A stretch of 64,000 bases of DNA from Candidatus Omnitrophota bacterium (GTDB lineage Bacteria; Omnitrophota; Gorgyraeia; Zapsychrales; Fredricksoniimonadaceae): positions 81,631-145,630 of the forward strand of contig JBGAJA010000004.1 in the NCBI GenBank assembly GCA_044225175.1, in the 5' to 3' direction. The notes beneath the pieces were generated by a model. It worked only from the letters and a program-made list of their open reading frames with translations. It had not been told where the DNA came from and did not search any database. The number at the start of each line of letters is the position of its first letter. Position 1 is the stretch's first letter. Shown here one piece after another: positions 36,591 to 47,356 of this stretch. Both the position numbers and the translations under genes were made by a program.

Positions 36591-39500
36591 GATTTATGGT
36601 TTTGCACGAAATCAGGAAGCGGCATGGGGGTGATATCTTTAATAATTGGAACCAAGCCTATGATTTCTTTGAATTCTAAAGGAATATTTGAATTTCCCAG
36701 ATCAGGTGTTTGACCCTGATTTTTAACATCTACTTTTAATACATCTGGATTAAGATCAATACCCCCTAAATCTGATTCTTTCAACATAGCTCGATCTGAA
36801 GGAGCGCTGGACTTGAACAGTTGGTATATTGCAGCCAATCCTACCGTTGTTCCAATGAATGACTTTCCATCTGGATGAAATGCTATGAAAACAAAATTAT
36901 AATCTGTCCCTGCATGAAATGTCATGATCTGGTTACCTGTGATCACGTCATATACCTTCATCCGACCATCCTCAGTGCTCGTAAGAATCTTGCTTCCATC
37001 GGTACTAAAGATGAGGGTTATATTAAATCGAGCACTCTCATCACTCTGAACGTTAATATTCTTGAGTACTTTTCCCGTACTAACATTCCAAACTTTGACT
37101 ATATGATCATCACTTGCAATGGCTATGCGTCTTCCATCTGGGCTAAAGGCGACCGCTAATACTTCTCTTTTGTTTCCTACATATGTCATTATTTTCACAC
37201 CTGTTGTGACATCCAACAGATCTATATTGCCATCATCGCTTGGAACAGCTACTTTGCTCGCATCGGGGCTAAAAGCAAAAGCTTCTAACGGAGCCCTCTC
37301 GACTGCAGATATTGATGTGCTAATTTTTTGTCTTGTTTTAGAATCCCATACGATAACGTTATCCCAACTTGCGGCAAGAGCCAGTCTTCCATCTGGACTA
37401 AAGGCAACACGCATTACTGGTTTTGGACTGTTTAATTTCTTAATTACCTTGCCCGTTTTTACACTCCAGATCCTGGCAGTATTATCCTGGCTTCCACTAA
37501 TGATCCTTTGTCCATCTGGGCTAAAAGCAACAGAAAATACCTGATAATTTTTCTCATGCCCTTCGAACACCCTCAATAATTTTCCTGTTCTTACACTCCA
37601 TATCCTCACTTTTCCATCCTCATGGGCAGTAGCTACTTGTTTTCCATTTGGACTAAACGCAGCAGACCGCACAAAACCTCTATAGTTTCCCAATTTCTTA
37701 GGGGCACCGATCTGGTCTTTAGGCAGAATTTCAAGCTGTTCTTTGGCATCTACCTTAACAGGTTTAAATTTATCATCTATCTTACGTCCAGAAACAACAG
37801 GCACTGATGCTGTTGCAAGGAGTTCTTTCCTGGTTTTTAATTTTCCAATCTCCTCATTAAGCAATGCAATCGCTTCACTAAACACATGCACATCACCCCC
37901 TGCAAGGGTTTCCAAATGACCTTTTTGTACCTCAAGAAGATCAATGATTCCCTGAACATCCTTAATTGTGTCTTGAGGCCTCTTAAGAATACCTTCAATG
38001 ATATCTTTAACATCCCTCGCATTATCTCTTAGTGCATTCATCGCAGAGTCTTTTAAATAGAAAGTTCTTACACCATACTCCTGAAGTCCATATAACATTT
38101 GTTCAAATGACTGTAGGCGGGTCATTTGATTGCCCGTTGTTTTATTAATCACCATCTCATCTAATCTGAGTTTTAAAATCCAGTCCGCCCCCTCTTCTAG
38201 AAACTTTGAAGGCCAACCTTTTTTCGCAATGATTGCTGTTCTTATGATGGCTCGCAAGTTGTCAATTCTTGCACGATTTTCTTGTGTGTGAGCTGGCGGC
38301 AAGGTTATATCGCAGCGTTTATCTAAAATGACACCTAATACTTGATAGGCATCTCTGGCCATATTGAATCGTTTTATTTTTTCTCCAATAGTCACAAGTG
38401 TTGGAAGAGTTAAGTTACTTCCCGCTGGCGCGTTATTTTGAATAGTTACATTTTGTTGAACCGTCATTTCATCAAATAATATTTCTAATCTTTGCTGCAA
38501 AGTTTCAATTTGACGATCGATGTTCCCCATGGTGTTTGTTTGCAAGAATCTAAGCACCCTGTCAATGTCTTCAAATCCTGTTTGTGGCTCACGAATGACC
38601 GGAAGATTCTGAACTAATACTCCCTCTCCTTTGAGAAAGTCCTCCAAAGCATTTTTAGTGGGGTCTTTTGAAAAGAGGCCTTGATCAATAAACACTTGCA
38701 CAATGTTGGAACGCCAGCGGATCAAATTTGCAGCATCTCCTTCTAATGTTAAATTCTCCAAAAGAAGGTCCAGAAGAATTTTCTGAGATATTATTCCCTT
38801 ACTTTGCCGATAATTGAACTGACGGACAATAGCTTTAACAAAAGATTTTAAATTACGAATACTAATTTCCTTATTACGCGGAAAGAATGTTGGATCTTTG
38901 ATTTGACGTCTAGAAATTTCCTGAGCAATGCCAATAATTCCCGAATATTCAATTTCTCCATCAGGATATTTCTTAGGCTTGCCACCAGCATCAAGCTTAG
39001 GCTCACCAATCAAGTGTGGATTAACAGCAAATTGCAGGGAATCCACTATAGATTTCCCGACAGCTGCTTCGTTGAGGTAATAAACCATTTCTTGAGGCGG
39101 CATATCCTCAAAATCAATGACCATATGACGTTCAATAAAGTCATCCGGAAATGATTTGATCCTCTCTCCGCTGCCAGGACGATTAATCGTATGAATAATA
39201 CCAGAACCAGGCTGCCCAAAAGTGACCTGAGACTCTTTGGTTGGATCATGAATCATGTTTCTTTCAGCATATTCATTGAGTAATGAAAGTACGGAAGGGC
39301 GTCCTTGATTGCTTTCATCCATATTTAAGATTTGCCCATGACCATGGCCATCGTCCATAATCGAAGGTAATATCCCAGGAAAAAAACGTGTACGGAAAGA
39401 CTTAAGCGCTCTTGAAAAAGTCAAATGATACCTACGGGTTTCTTCATTGATTTCCGCCTTTAGAATTCCTGGGGCATTCAACAATTTTTGGATGGCGAAT

Positions 39501-42500
39501 GTCATAGTACTTTTTCCTGTTCCAGGTTTTCCTACAAATATCGCGTGTTTACCCAAACCATGCCCTTGAAGATACACATACAATTTAAGAGAGTTCTTAG
39601 CGCTTTCAATCCACTCCTTGATTTCAGAGGGTAATCTACCTGATCGGATTTCTGCCTTTGGATGAAGAGGAACTCTGATGGGATCCCAGAATTCTGCTGA
39701 TGCTCCACTTGGAGTAATGATCAAATAATCACCATCCACTTTAAAAGAGGATTCTTTGAACTCCAAAGGCGGTTTATTTGGACTATCTATACGCCATGCC
39801 TTAAAAGCATGTAATGCACCTTGATAAGTATTATTACGGTCTTCTTCCGCTTTAAAATTATAATAATATTGAATCACACTTAAAGGCCGATACTCCCAGT
39901 CTTTCTCGAAATTGATAAAATGAGTGATGATATTTTTAATAACACGAGGAGATGGCGGCCGTTTCAGGTTCTGAGCAATTCCAGAGGCTGGGCCATTCTT
40001 AAAAAGATCCATAATTTGAGGGTCCTGCGCCATTTTCTGGACTAAATAGTTAGAGTCCAATAAATTCCAAGATTCCCGATTAGCAAAAATAACAGCCTGT
40101 TGTTGAGCACTATAACCTGCAAATGATAGTCTAAGTTCGGCTGCAATACGGACTAATTCAGTAATATCATTTTGCAATTTTTGCCTAAAATTTTCCCAAT
40201 CATCTTTATGAATTCCCTTCTGACGGGCCAAATTTAAAGCATATTCTAGCTGCCAGGCCACTTCATCTTCAGGCCAGTCCCAATAAAATTCCACATCTTT
40301 AAATCTGTCTTGCATGGGCGCATTTGCTTCAAAGCTAGTACCAGTAATACCCGAGCGGATACGATTGACGCTTGCTAATAGCCTGGCGCGCGGGTGATTA
40401 GGCAAAGTCTCAAAACGCGTAATTCCGTCTCGAACAATGGGCCATTTATGAGTTTTGCCTGTGATATGAGATTTGAGGGAATTTAATACGCTTTGACGAA
40501 TTTTATGGGCTTCACGAATGACAAACCACCCTCCTTTATGCATGACCTCATTGAGACCTGAGGGTATGACCCCTGAAGTGCCTGCTTCTTCTGCTCCAAC
40601 GGATTGAGGTCCACTTTCAAGATCTTCCACATCGAGATCTCCATCTCCCGACATCACATATACCTCTTCATTCAATAAATGAGCTGTAGCCATTAAAATT
40701 TCATCTTTTCCAAGACCTGTCTCACCGATTAAACGAACTGCAATTCCATCCCATGAATCACTAGCTGTTTCATTATTAAAACGCAATCGACTTTCGACCT
40801 CCCACTGAGAAGATTTCTTAAAGATAATGACTTCTCCGTCATTATGATTGTACGCAAATACTTTTTCACTGTTGATTTTATAGATATTCCATTGACCTTC
40901 TTGCAATTCAGAAATAGGCAATTCCTTAGCTATATCATCTTTAGGAATATCTATTGAAACGGAATCAAAAACTTTAATAGGTGTGTATCCTCCATGATTA
41001 TCATCTTTTTGCAAAAGCTCAATCTGACCATCTTCAATTTGTCTTAGTCCATAACGGTGGTCTGCTGAATAAGACATATCGATATGGTTGGAGTTATACA
41101 GGGCATCTAAAATTTTAATCATTTTATCCTCAGTAGAGGCCGTCATTGGAATCGTAGTCGTGGGGACATTTGAACCTCCAAGCCCTCTTTGCCAATAAAG
41201 AGCTTCTTCATTAGGACGTTTAAAGACTAAAAATTCATACCCATTTCTAGTTTGAGTAAAGAAATGTTTATAATCGCCCAAAGGTTTCATTTCTCCAAAC
41301 TGAACCTGTGGATCAGAGGTCATGGCCGCATCTACACTGTCCAGCCAGCTGACTCCAGGAGCAGGTGCTCTGATGGAATTAGCAAAAGAGTCCATGACTG
41401 CATTAGGGAGATCTCCAAACGAGGCCGGAGCAATCACACGATGAGGATATTCTTTATTCTGAAGCTGCGAGGCACGCACTTGATTCATATTTCCTAAAGG
41501 AATGATATACACATGAGCACCCTCATCCTCTGCTTGCTGAAGAGTAGTATGGACTTTCCCTTTTTGATCCTCATCCACATCTTCATCCGTCAAAGCAAAA
41601 AGGATGCGAATACTTTTCTCTCCACTGGAAACGGAATCCTGAGAAGATAATAAACGTTCAATATACTTAAAAAGATTGGATGCATAATGAGTACCTCCAC
41701 CTGCATTTAATTTCTTCCACACATCATAAAGTACACGTTCTTTACGAAAATTCTGCTTGCGAGATGTCTCATGGGAAATCATGGTTTCCCCTGGTGCATC
41801 CACAAAAAGACCAACTTCAAATTCAATAGGCGCATATCCTCTGGACTGACGAACTTCATTATGGTTTAAGATAGCGCTCATCATGACAAAATAAATAATC
41901 CTGGCCATTTGAATGGGAAAAATACCCCGTTCATTGTCAACTCCCATACTTCCGCTTCGATCCATCACAAATGACACTTTAACCGGAAGAGGTTCATTAG
42001 GTTTCCATTTGCCAAAAGCAGGTCCCCCTGAAATGGCTGCCACCACATTTGCTAATATCGCACCTTGCTCCAAATCTCTTTCAAAAGTAATATCAACACT
42101 AGGGAGGGTTAAGACTTCCAGAGCTTTAGTAAAACGTTGAATCAGCTTGCCAACTGTGATTGTTTTACCCTTATTTGTAATTTCAATTTCGAGCCATTTG
42201 TTATATTCTTTCCATTCATCCATGGTCAAACCTGTTCGGTTCTTGATCATCTCTTCTTCCGCACGAGCTGCTGCAAGAGGGTCGAAAGGTTTGACAGTAA
42301 TAGGTCTAACAGGAGGTGTGGTTGGTCTTTGACTATTCAAAAAATCATCCACATCTGGAATATTCACCTTATCTGGCATGGATAATTCTTGGCTGTCCTT
42401 TGTCGCAGGCTTGTGTTGTTGGGGTTGATCTTCACTAGCCGGTTGAGAATTTGATGATGAACTTTGGGATGGTTGATTTTGCGATTTCTTTGATGATTGT

Positions 42501-45500
42501 TCCAAAGATTGCTTCAAAGAATCAATCTTACTTTGCAGATCTGATAATTTATTGGAAGCGTCTTTTGTTTTAGATGATGTTTGATCAACTTGCTCTCGAA
42601 TTTCTCCCACTGTGCGTTCAATTTGGCGTACTTGTCCTTGGACTTGAGGGCCATCAGGCTTGGGTTCGCTTAATTTATCTGATAGTTGATCTGTGCCTTT
42701 TTTGAGGGCATTTGCTTTTTCTTGAAGATCATGGATTTGATTTAAAAGGTCTTGGATCTTGCCATCAAATTCTTTTGACGAATCAGAGGCTTCTTTGCCC
42801 TCTTCCGGAGAAGGAAGATTTTGACGCATGCCTTCGGTAGCATCTTTTTGATTAGACGAAGCACTAGAAGCTTCGCGGGCCTGATTCAAAAGATTCTGGG
42901 CTTTCGATTGGATATCTTTGGCTTTGCCTTTAAGATCATCAGCTGTTTTGCGTTGATCATCAAGCGGCTTACTCTCAATTCCAGAAGCATTGACATCCCC
43001 TACCTTGCCCTTCATCCCCTCTAATCCCTGGGTCATCTCTTCAATTTTCTTATTGAGATCACTCAGTTGACCGGCTAAATCTTTCATGGTTTTCTCAACA
43101 TCTTTAATATCATGAGAGCCGCCTTGCTTCTGCCCTTGACCTGGAATGTAGCGACCTTGAGATCCTCGGGAGCCTTGCGGCTTACCTGGCCCTTGGGATT
43201 GTCCTTGTTGACCTGAAGCTCCTGGCTGCCCCTGCTGCCCTGCCTGACCTTGTTTCCCCGATTGGCCCTGTTGACCCTGCTGTCCTTGTTGGCCTTGCTG
43301 GCCCTGTTGACCTTGCTCTCCTTCGCCCTCTTGATCTTGCGGTGTTGGCTGCCCCTGAGAACCGCTTTGGCCGAATTCTTCTTGGGCCTCATCCATTTGC
43401 TCTTGCACAGCTTTTCGAATAGCTTCTTTGGTCTTTTCATCCAAAGAATTCCAGAAATCTTCCAACTGTTGCTTTTGTTCTTCTGTCATTTGATCAAATT
43501 CACGACGCAATGCTTCCTTCTTTTCTTCTTTCATTTTACGTTGATAAGCGCGCCATCGTTCTTCAGTTTTCTTGGCTTTCTCAAAGAGTTCCAAATAAAC
43601 CGGCCAAATCTTTTCTCCAATGGCTTTAACAATTTGCGCATCTTGAATGTATTTAGGATGAAAAAGAAGTTTAAGCCAGCCATAATCTTTGGCATCATCC
43701 AAACTTCCCATTGTTCTAACAACAGCTGTTTCCAAGGCAGGATTGTTGACCCGGGGGTCTTTCATGCTTTGTTCTTGAGGATCATAATGAAACCGTCGAT
43801 ACATCAAAGAATCCAAATATTGCAGATGAAGGGGCAAAGAACTTAACAAGGCCTTGGCCACCAATTGATGGGCTTTTGTATCCCCTAAATCATATCGATC
43901 TCTTAACACCCTTCCCACCCAGAGGGAAGCCCCCTGCAAACTTTGATCTGCTTGACCTGATAAAATACTTTTAGAAGTAACGTCAATTCCAAGGCGTACA
44001 GATTTTGGAAACAATAGTGTGTCCCACAACGTCTGAGTGATGGAGTTTCCTTTAGACGAATCAGGAAGATTCTTCATAAGACCACGTAAACCAAATTTGA
44101 CTTGAGAGATAGCAATAAATGCTAATCCAAGTCCTCTCTCACGGGCCGCTTCGATCTGTCCTTCTAAATCATTTCTGGATGTACCATCATAGAGACGCGG
44201 ATAAATATCTGTGGGAACATAATGAAGCTCTCCCACATAATCACTTTTAGATTGATAACGCCACAGCCCTCTTGGTGTACCTTTAAGTTCAACTTGCTGA
44301 CCTGCCGATGTGCCGGCAAATTTGAGAATGTCATCTGTAATTTTAGCTATTCCATGACCTACTTTAGGATCTTCTGACAAGGCATAACGTTCATAAAGAA
44401 CTTGGAAAAAATCTTTGAGAAGCCGAAGCGGTTTGATGTCTGGGTCTTTGGCTTTCATCTCTGAAAAGACCCCGGCAATTAAAATACCCACCGCTCTTTG
44501 GGCTGCATAACTATTTAAGAGAAGGTCTGCTGACTGCCCTTGTTCTTCATAAACTGCCCGGGCTTCACTTAAAAGATATTCCACAGAGAAGTATCCAGCT
44601 TGACGATCAGAAGTCCCTGGATTGATCATAAATCCAGTTTCTCCCTGCTCGGCAATTTGGCGGCCTCGTTTAAATAAATCCACAGCTGCGGGCTCCTGTG
44701 TCATAGCTGCAAATTCGATTAATTTCTTTTCAAATAAACCTTCATCACCTTTGACAAAACGCTCTATTTCCAGAACACTAACTGCATGGGTAATGTCTTC
44801 CCATTTAAAGGGAATATGAATTTCACCTTGGTTAGCAAAATAATGAAAAAGTTCATGTTTTAAAGCCAATCGAATGAACCATTCAGTGGCTTTATCTTTA
44901 ACATAAACTTTCTTGGATAAAGGATCAAAAAGCCCTCCAGACATGCCAATGACACTGTTCATATTTACAAGAAGATCAGCCGCTGACTCACGCCATTGAT
45001 CAAATGGACCTATTTTAAAAAGAGGCTCTAAGAGGTCTCCAAAATAATAGGATTTCACATCTTCCCTTAATCGTTTTTTCCAAACTTCTTGAGCAGTGCC
45101 ATCAAAAAGCTCTTCTACTGTTTCATCAATGATTTGATCTACAATCCCTCGCGTTTCTTTAGATAGACCCTTGTTGCCAACTACAAGCATTTCTTCATAG
45201 AGCGCCATAAATTTACTTTCAAATTCATGAGGATTTCTAATCTCACCTAGAAAAAATAATCTATCAATCTTTCCTTGGGCATAGACTTGATGAGCCGCCT
45301 TCAATGCAGATTCAAATCCTTGTTCCGTGGTTTTTTGAGACAAAGGCCCAACTACATTAAGCATACTCTGATAAGCCACATGAAAAGCCGGTTCATCGCT
45401 ATTATCCAAAGCTATAACCATGTCTTGTTTCAATGTGAAATAATCTTTCATGACCTCCTGAAGGGAGGCTCGTTCGTAGTCTTTGGAGGGTGGACTAGAC

Positions 45501-47356
45501 ATCGCTTCATCAGTTAATCCATACTTTTTTCTTAAATTTTTTAAAAGAAAAGCTTGTCTTTCTACAATACTCCAAGGATCCTCTTCTGAGGCCTCAATAG
45601 ATTCCCAATATTCTTTATCCACATACCAAGCAACTTTCATCCCGGGATTGTTGTGCTGAATCCAAGTTAAATGTTCTTCAATCTCCTTCTTAAAACCAAA
45701 ATGAAACATACTGATGTTTTTATTTAAAATAATAATTATATTTTTATCATCAATAAGGGTCCTAAACAGATAACCATACTCCCTTAATCGAGCCTCAAGT
45801 AAGCTGATAAAATGAAATTCTATTTTCACATTAGACGTTCTATCTTGAGTGGGTGCGGTTGTGATCGCAACAGATGGTGTTTGTGTTGCTGAATTTGATG
45901 AAGTTAATGGAATAGAAGGAAGACTTTTCTTCTTCTCTTCTAAAACTTTGATGACCTCACCAAGCCTCTCAATGACCCATTGAAAATTATTGGAACTTTG
46001 TTCCTCCAACGCTTGAAAACTATCCTTAGATTGTTTTAACTCTTGAATTGCTTCTTCCACCTTCTCTTGAGAATCTAATGGCTTATCTAAAATGTTCTTG
46101 ATGGTTTGTTCTACATCTTGTCTGTCTTTCAAAGTGGGACTATGGGTCATGGCAGGATCAATGGATTTGAATTCACTTCGTACTGCAAATAAATGTGACT
46201 TCTCAAAGGATTGCATGGCTCGATCTTGAATCTCTTTAGGAACACTTGACCAGTCTTTGTACACCATAGCCTGGTCTAATGCTGCCTGTGGATTGAATCC
46301 TCCTGAGAAATATTTTCGTGCTACCATCTGACCTGTGATCTCGTCTTTTTCCTCCTTAATATAATTGAACACGCCCTTCTTATAGGTCTTAAGATAGTTT
46401 TGGAATATCTTCTCTTCTTCCTTAGGATCTTTCTTCTGTAACCCTTGGGTCTTGCCTTTGTTCACATAGGCTTTAGATAGAACACTCTTTTTTAGCTCTT
46501 TCTTGTACCAAGCTGCCAAGACCATGGAATTGACAATCTGGCGTAAGGGGGCAAAGTCTTTGGATTGGTTGACTGCTTTCTCTAACTCAGGAATCACGAT
46601 CTCACGGACAATTTGACTACATAAAAAGGTGTCAGACACCTTTTTATCCATCTGCCCGCTCAAAAAGGTGTCTGACACCTTTTTGTGGGCTAAATAGTCT
46701 TCTTCCATCATTACCTTCAATTTCACATCCAACACCCATACTGTGTTGTCTTTCATCAAAAGTGATGCCTGATCCGGCAATATCCATACCTTGTTAAACG
46801 TATTAATCGGCACATTGGTATTCCCATACTTCTCTTGTACCTTCCCATACACCCTCTTCCAGAATTCTTTCCCTATCTTTTCTTCCGGATACAGCAAGGA
46901 TGCCATGATCTGTTTTAAGATATAGTCCTGATCTAACAGCTTCATCCCCATCACTGTTTTCCCAAAATCCTCTGAGATCATTCGGTCTTTTTCATAGGGA
47001 GATAGGTTCACCCATAGGTGGTCATTGGGTATGGCTAAGGTTGAGAGGAAGTATTTGATTAGTTTGGTCGATTCTTGTTTGATGTCCGTAGGGGTATGAT
47101 TTATCATGCCCTTTAATTGGGTTTGATGAATCAAACCCCTACGGTTAGGGTTTTCATCTCCCGCATCCATCACAAAATCAAACTCAAAAGGCCGATTCGC
47201 ATGCACCTTAAGGCCCTTCAACATAGGCACATTGCCGGCCATCGCAACCTCGTAGGTTCGTAAGGGCAGGTTCCCCTGGGCATAAGTGGGCATGGGGCCT
47301 ATGATAGAGCTAACGATGAAGCAAACTAATATAGTTAAACTTAATGGGGTTTTCAT
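36587..47356 (-). CDS. Giant modular secreted protein paralog P4 (3589 aa): N-domain, helical region with a Gly-X-Y tract, VWA, two AAA+ (MoxR/AAA_5-like) modules, WD40 propeller, shared C-terminal tail
   Basis: Signal peptide. HELFH at ~nt 44850. 13 consecutive G-X-Y triplets (GEQGQQ...GQS) at ~43205-43330. VWA MIDAS motif (VSFVMDRSGSMG) at ~41950. Degenerate P-loop (LIGETGLGKDE) at ~40715 and Walker A (FVGKPGTGKST) at ~39525. WD40 repeats at 36850-37800. C-terminal ...ITPMPLPDFVQNHKS. Confidence 0.8.
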   Translation of the reverse strand: MKTPLSLTILVCFIVSSIIGPMPTYAQGNLPLRTYEVAMAGNVPMLKGLKVHANRPFEFDFVMDAGDENPNRRGLIHQTQLKGMINHTPTDIKQESTKLIKYFLSTLAIPNDHLWVNLSPYEKDRMISEDFGKTVMGMKLLDQDYILKQIMASLLYPEEKIGKEFWKRVYGKVQEKYGNTNVPINTFNKVWILPDQASLLMKDNTVWVLDVKLKVMMEEDYLAHKKVSDTFLSGQMDKKVSDTFLCSQIVREIVIPELEKAVNQSKDFAPLRQIVNSMVLAAWYKKELKKSVLSKAYVNKGKTQGLQKKDPKEEEKIFQNYLKTYKKGVFNYIKEEKDEITGQMVARKYFSGGFNPQAALDQAMVYKDWSSVPKEIQDRAMQSFEKSHLFAVRSEFKSIDPAMTHSPTLKDRQDVEQTIKNILDKPLDSQEKVEEAIQELKQSKDSFQALEEQSSNNFQWVIERLGEVIKVLEEKKKSLPSIPLTSSNSATQTPSVAITTAPTQDRTSNVKIEFHFISLLEARLREYGYLFRTLIDDKNIIIILNKNISMFHFGFKKEIEEHLTWIQHNNPGMKVAWYVDKEYWESIEASEEDPWSIVERQAFLLKNLRKKYGLTDEAMSSPPSKDYERASLQEVMKDYFTLKQDMVIALDNSDEPAFHVAYQSMLNVVGPLSQKTTEQGFESALKAAHQVYAQGKIDRLFFLGEIRNPHEFESKFMALYEEMLVVGNKGLSKETRGIVDQIIDETVEELFDGTAQEVWKKRLREDVKSYYFGDLLEPLFKIGPFDQWRESAADLLVNMNSVIGMSGGLFDPLSKKVYVKDKATEWFIRLALKHELFHYFANQGEIHIPFKWEDITHAVSVLEIERFVKGDEGLFEKKLIEFAAMTQEPAAVDLFKRGRQIAEQGETGFMINPGTSDRQAGYFSVEYLLSEARAVYEEQGQSADLLLNSYAAQRAVGILIAGVFSEMKAKDPDIKPLRLLKDFFQVLYERYALSEDPKVGHGIAKITDDILKFAGTSAGQQVELKGTPRGLWRYQSKSDYVGELHYVPTDIYPRLYDGTSRNDLEGQIEAARERGLGLAFIAISQVKFGLRGLMKNLPDSSKGNSITQTLWDTLLFPKSVRLGIDVTSKSILSGQADQSLQGASLWVGRVLRDRYDLGDTKAHQLVAKALLSSLPLHLQYLDSLMYRRFHYDPQEQSMKDPRVNNPALETAVVRTMGSLDDAKDYGWLKLLFHPKYIQDAQIVKAIGEKIWPVYLELFEKAKKTEERWRAYQRKMKEEKKEALRREFDQMTEEQKQQLEDFWNSLDEKTKEAIRKAVQEQMDEAQEEFGQSGSQGQPTPQDQEGEGEQGQQGQQGQQGQQGQQGQSGKQGQAGQQGQPGASGQQGQSQGPGKPQGSRGSQGRYIPGQGQKQGGSHDIKDVEKTMKDLAGQLSDLNKKIEEMTQGLEGMKGKVGDVNASGIESKPLDDQRKTADDLKGKAKDIQSKAQNLLNQAREASSASSNQKDATEGMRQNLPSPEEGKEASDSSKEFDGKIQDLLNQIHDLQEKANALKKGTDQLSDKLSEPKPDGPQVQGQVRQIERTVGEIREQVDQTSSKTKDASNKLSDLQSKIDSLKQSLEQSSKKSQNQPSQSSSSNSQPASEDQPQQHKPATKDSQELSMPDKVNIPDVDDFLNSQRPTTPPVRPITVKPFDPLAAARAEEEMIKNRTGLTMDEWKEYNKWLEIEITNKGKTITVGKLIQRFTKALEVLTLPSVDITFERDLEQGAILANVVAAISGGPAFGKWKPNEPLPVKVSFVMDRSGSMGVDNERGIFPIQMARIIYFVMMSAILNHNEVRQSRGYAPIEFEVGLFVDAPGETMISHETSRKQNFRKERVLYDVWKKLNAGGGTHYASNLFKYIERLLSSQDSVSSGEKSIRILFALTDEDVDEDQKGKVHTTLQQAEDEGAHVYIIPLGNMNQVRASQLQNKEYPHRVIAPASFGDLPNAVMDSFANSIRAPAPGVSWLDSVDAAMTSDPQVQFGEMKPLGDYKHFFTQTRNGYEFLVFKRPNEEALYWQRGLGGSNVPTTTIPMTASTEDKMIKILDALYNSNHIDMSYSADHRYGLRQIEDGQIELLQKDDNHGGYTPIKVFDSVSIDIPKDDIAKELPISELQEGQWNIYKINSEKVFAYNHNDGEVIIFKKSSQWEVESRLRFNNETASDSWDGIAVRLIGETGLGKDEILMATAHLLNEEVYVMSGDGDLDVEDLESGPQSVGAEEAGTSGVIPSGLNEVMHKGGWFVIREAHKIRQSVLNSLKSHITGKTHKWPIVRDGITRFETLPNHPRARLLASVNRIRSGITGTSFEANAPMQDRFKDVEFYWDWPEDEVAWQLEYALNLARQKGIHKDDWENFRQKLQNDITELVRIAAELRLSFAGYSAQQQAVIFANRESWNLLDSNYLVQKMAQDPQIMDLFKNGPASGIAQNLKRPPSPRVIKNIITHFINFEKDWEYRPLSVIQYYYNFKAEEDRNNTYQGALHAFKAWRIDSPNKPPLEFKESSFKVDGDYLIITPSGASAEFWDPIRVPLHPKAEIRSGRLPSEIKEWIESAKNSLKLYVYLQGHGLGKHAIFVGKPGTGKSTMTFAIQKLLNAPGILKAEINEETRRYHLTFSRALKSFRTRFFPGILPSIMDDGHGHGQILNMDESNQGRPSVLSLLNEYAERNMIHDPTKESQVTFGQPGSGIIHTINRPGSGERIKSFPDDFIERHMVIDFEDMPPQEMVYYLNEAAVGKSIVDSLQFAVNPHLIGEPKLDAGGKPKKYPDGEIEYSGIIGIAQEISRRQIKDPTFFPRNKEISIRNLKSFVKAIVRQFNYRQSKGIISQKILLDLLLENLTLEGDAANLIRWRSNIVQVFIDQGLFSKDPTKNALEDFLKGEGVLVQNLPVIREPQTGFEDIDRVLRFLQTNTMGNIDRQIETLQQRLEILFDEMTVQQNVTIQNNAPAGSNLTLPTLVTIGEKIKRFNMARDAYQVLGVILDKRCDITLPPAHTQENRARIDNLRAIIRTAIIAKKGWPSKFLEEGADWILKLRLDEMVINKTTGNQMTRLQSFEQMLYGLQEYGVRTFYLKDSAMNALRDNARDVKDIIEGILKRPQDTIKDVQGIIDLLEVQKGHLETLAGGDVHVFSEAIALLNEEIGKLKTRKELLATASVPVVSGRKIDDKFKPVKVDAKEQLEILPKDQIGAPKKLGNYRGFVRSAAFSPNGKQVATAHEDGKVRIWSVRTGKLLRVFEGHEKNYQVFSVAFSPDGQRIISGSQDNTARIWSVKTGKVIKKLNSPKPVMRVAFSPDGRLALAASWDNVIVWDSKTRQKISTSISAVERAPLEAFAFSPDASKVAVPSDDGNIDLLDVTTGVKIMTYVGNKREVLAVAFSPDGRRIAIASDDHIVKVWNVSTGKVLKNINVQSDESARFNITLIFSTDGSKILTSTEDGRMKVYDVITGNQIMTFHAGTDYNFVFIAFHPDGKSFIGTTVGLAAIYQLFKSSAPSDRAMLKESDLGGIDLNPDVLKVDVKNQGQTPDLGNSNIPLEFKEIIGLVPIIKDITPMPLPDFVQNHKS
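46623..46684. repeat. In-frame pair of AAAAAGGTGTC(A/T)GACACCTTTTT palindromes in P4
   Basis: Copies at 46623-46645 and 46662-46684. Encodes AHKKVSDTFLSGQMDKKVSDTFL. Confidence 0.7.
47086..47144. repeat. In-frame 59-bp CCGTAGGGG...CCCCTACGG palindromic element in the P4 N-domain
   Basis: Identical to the P2 copy apart from one base (catgattt vs tatgattt). Confidence 0.6.
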
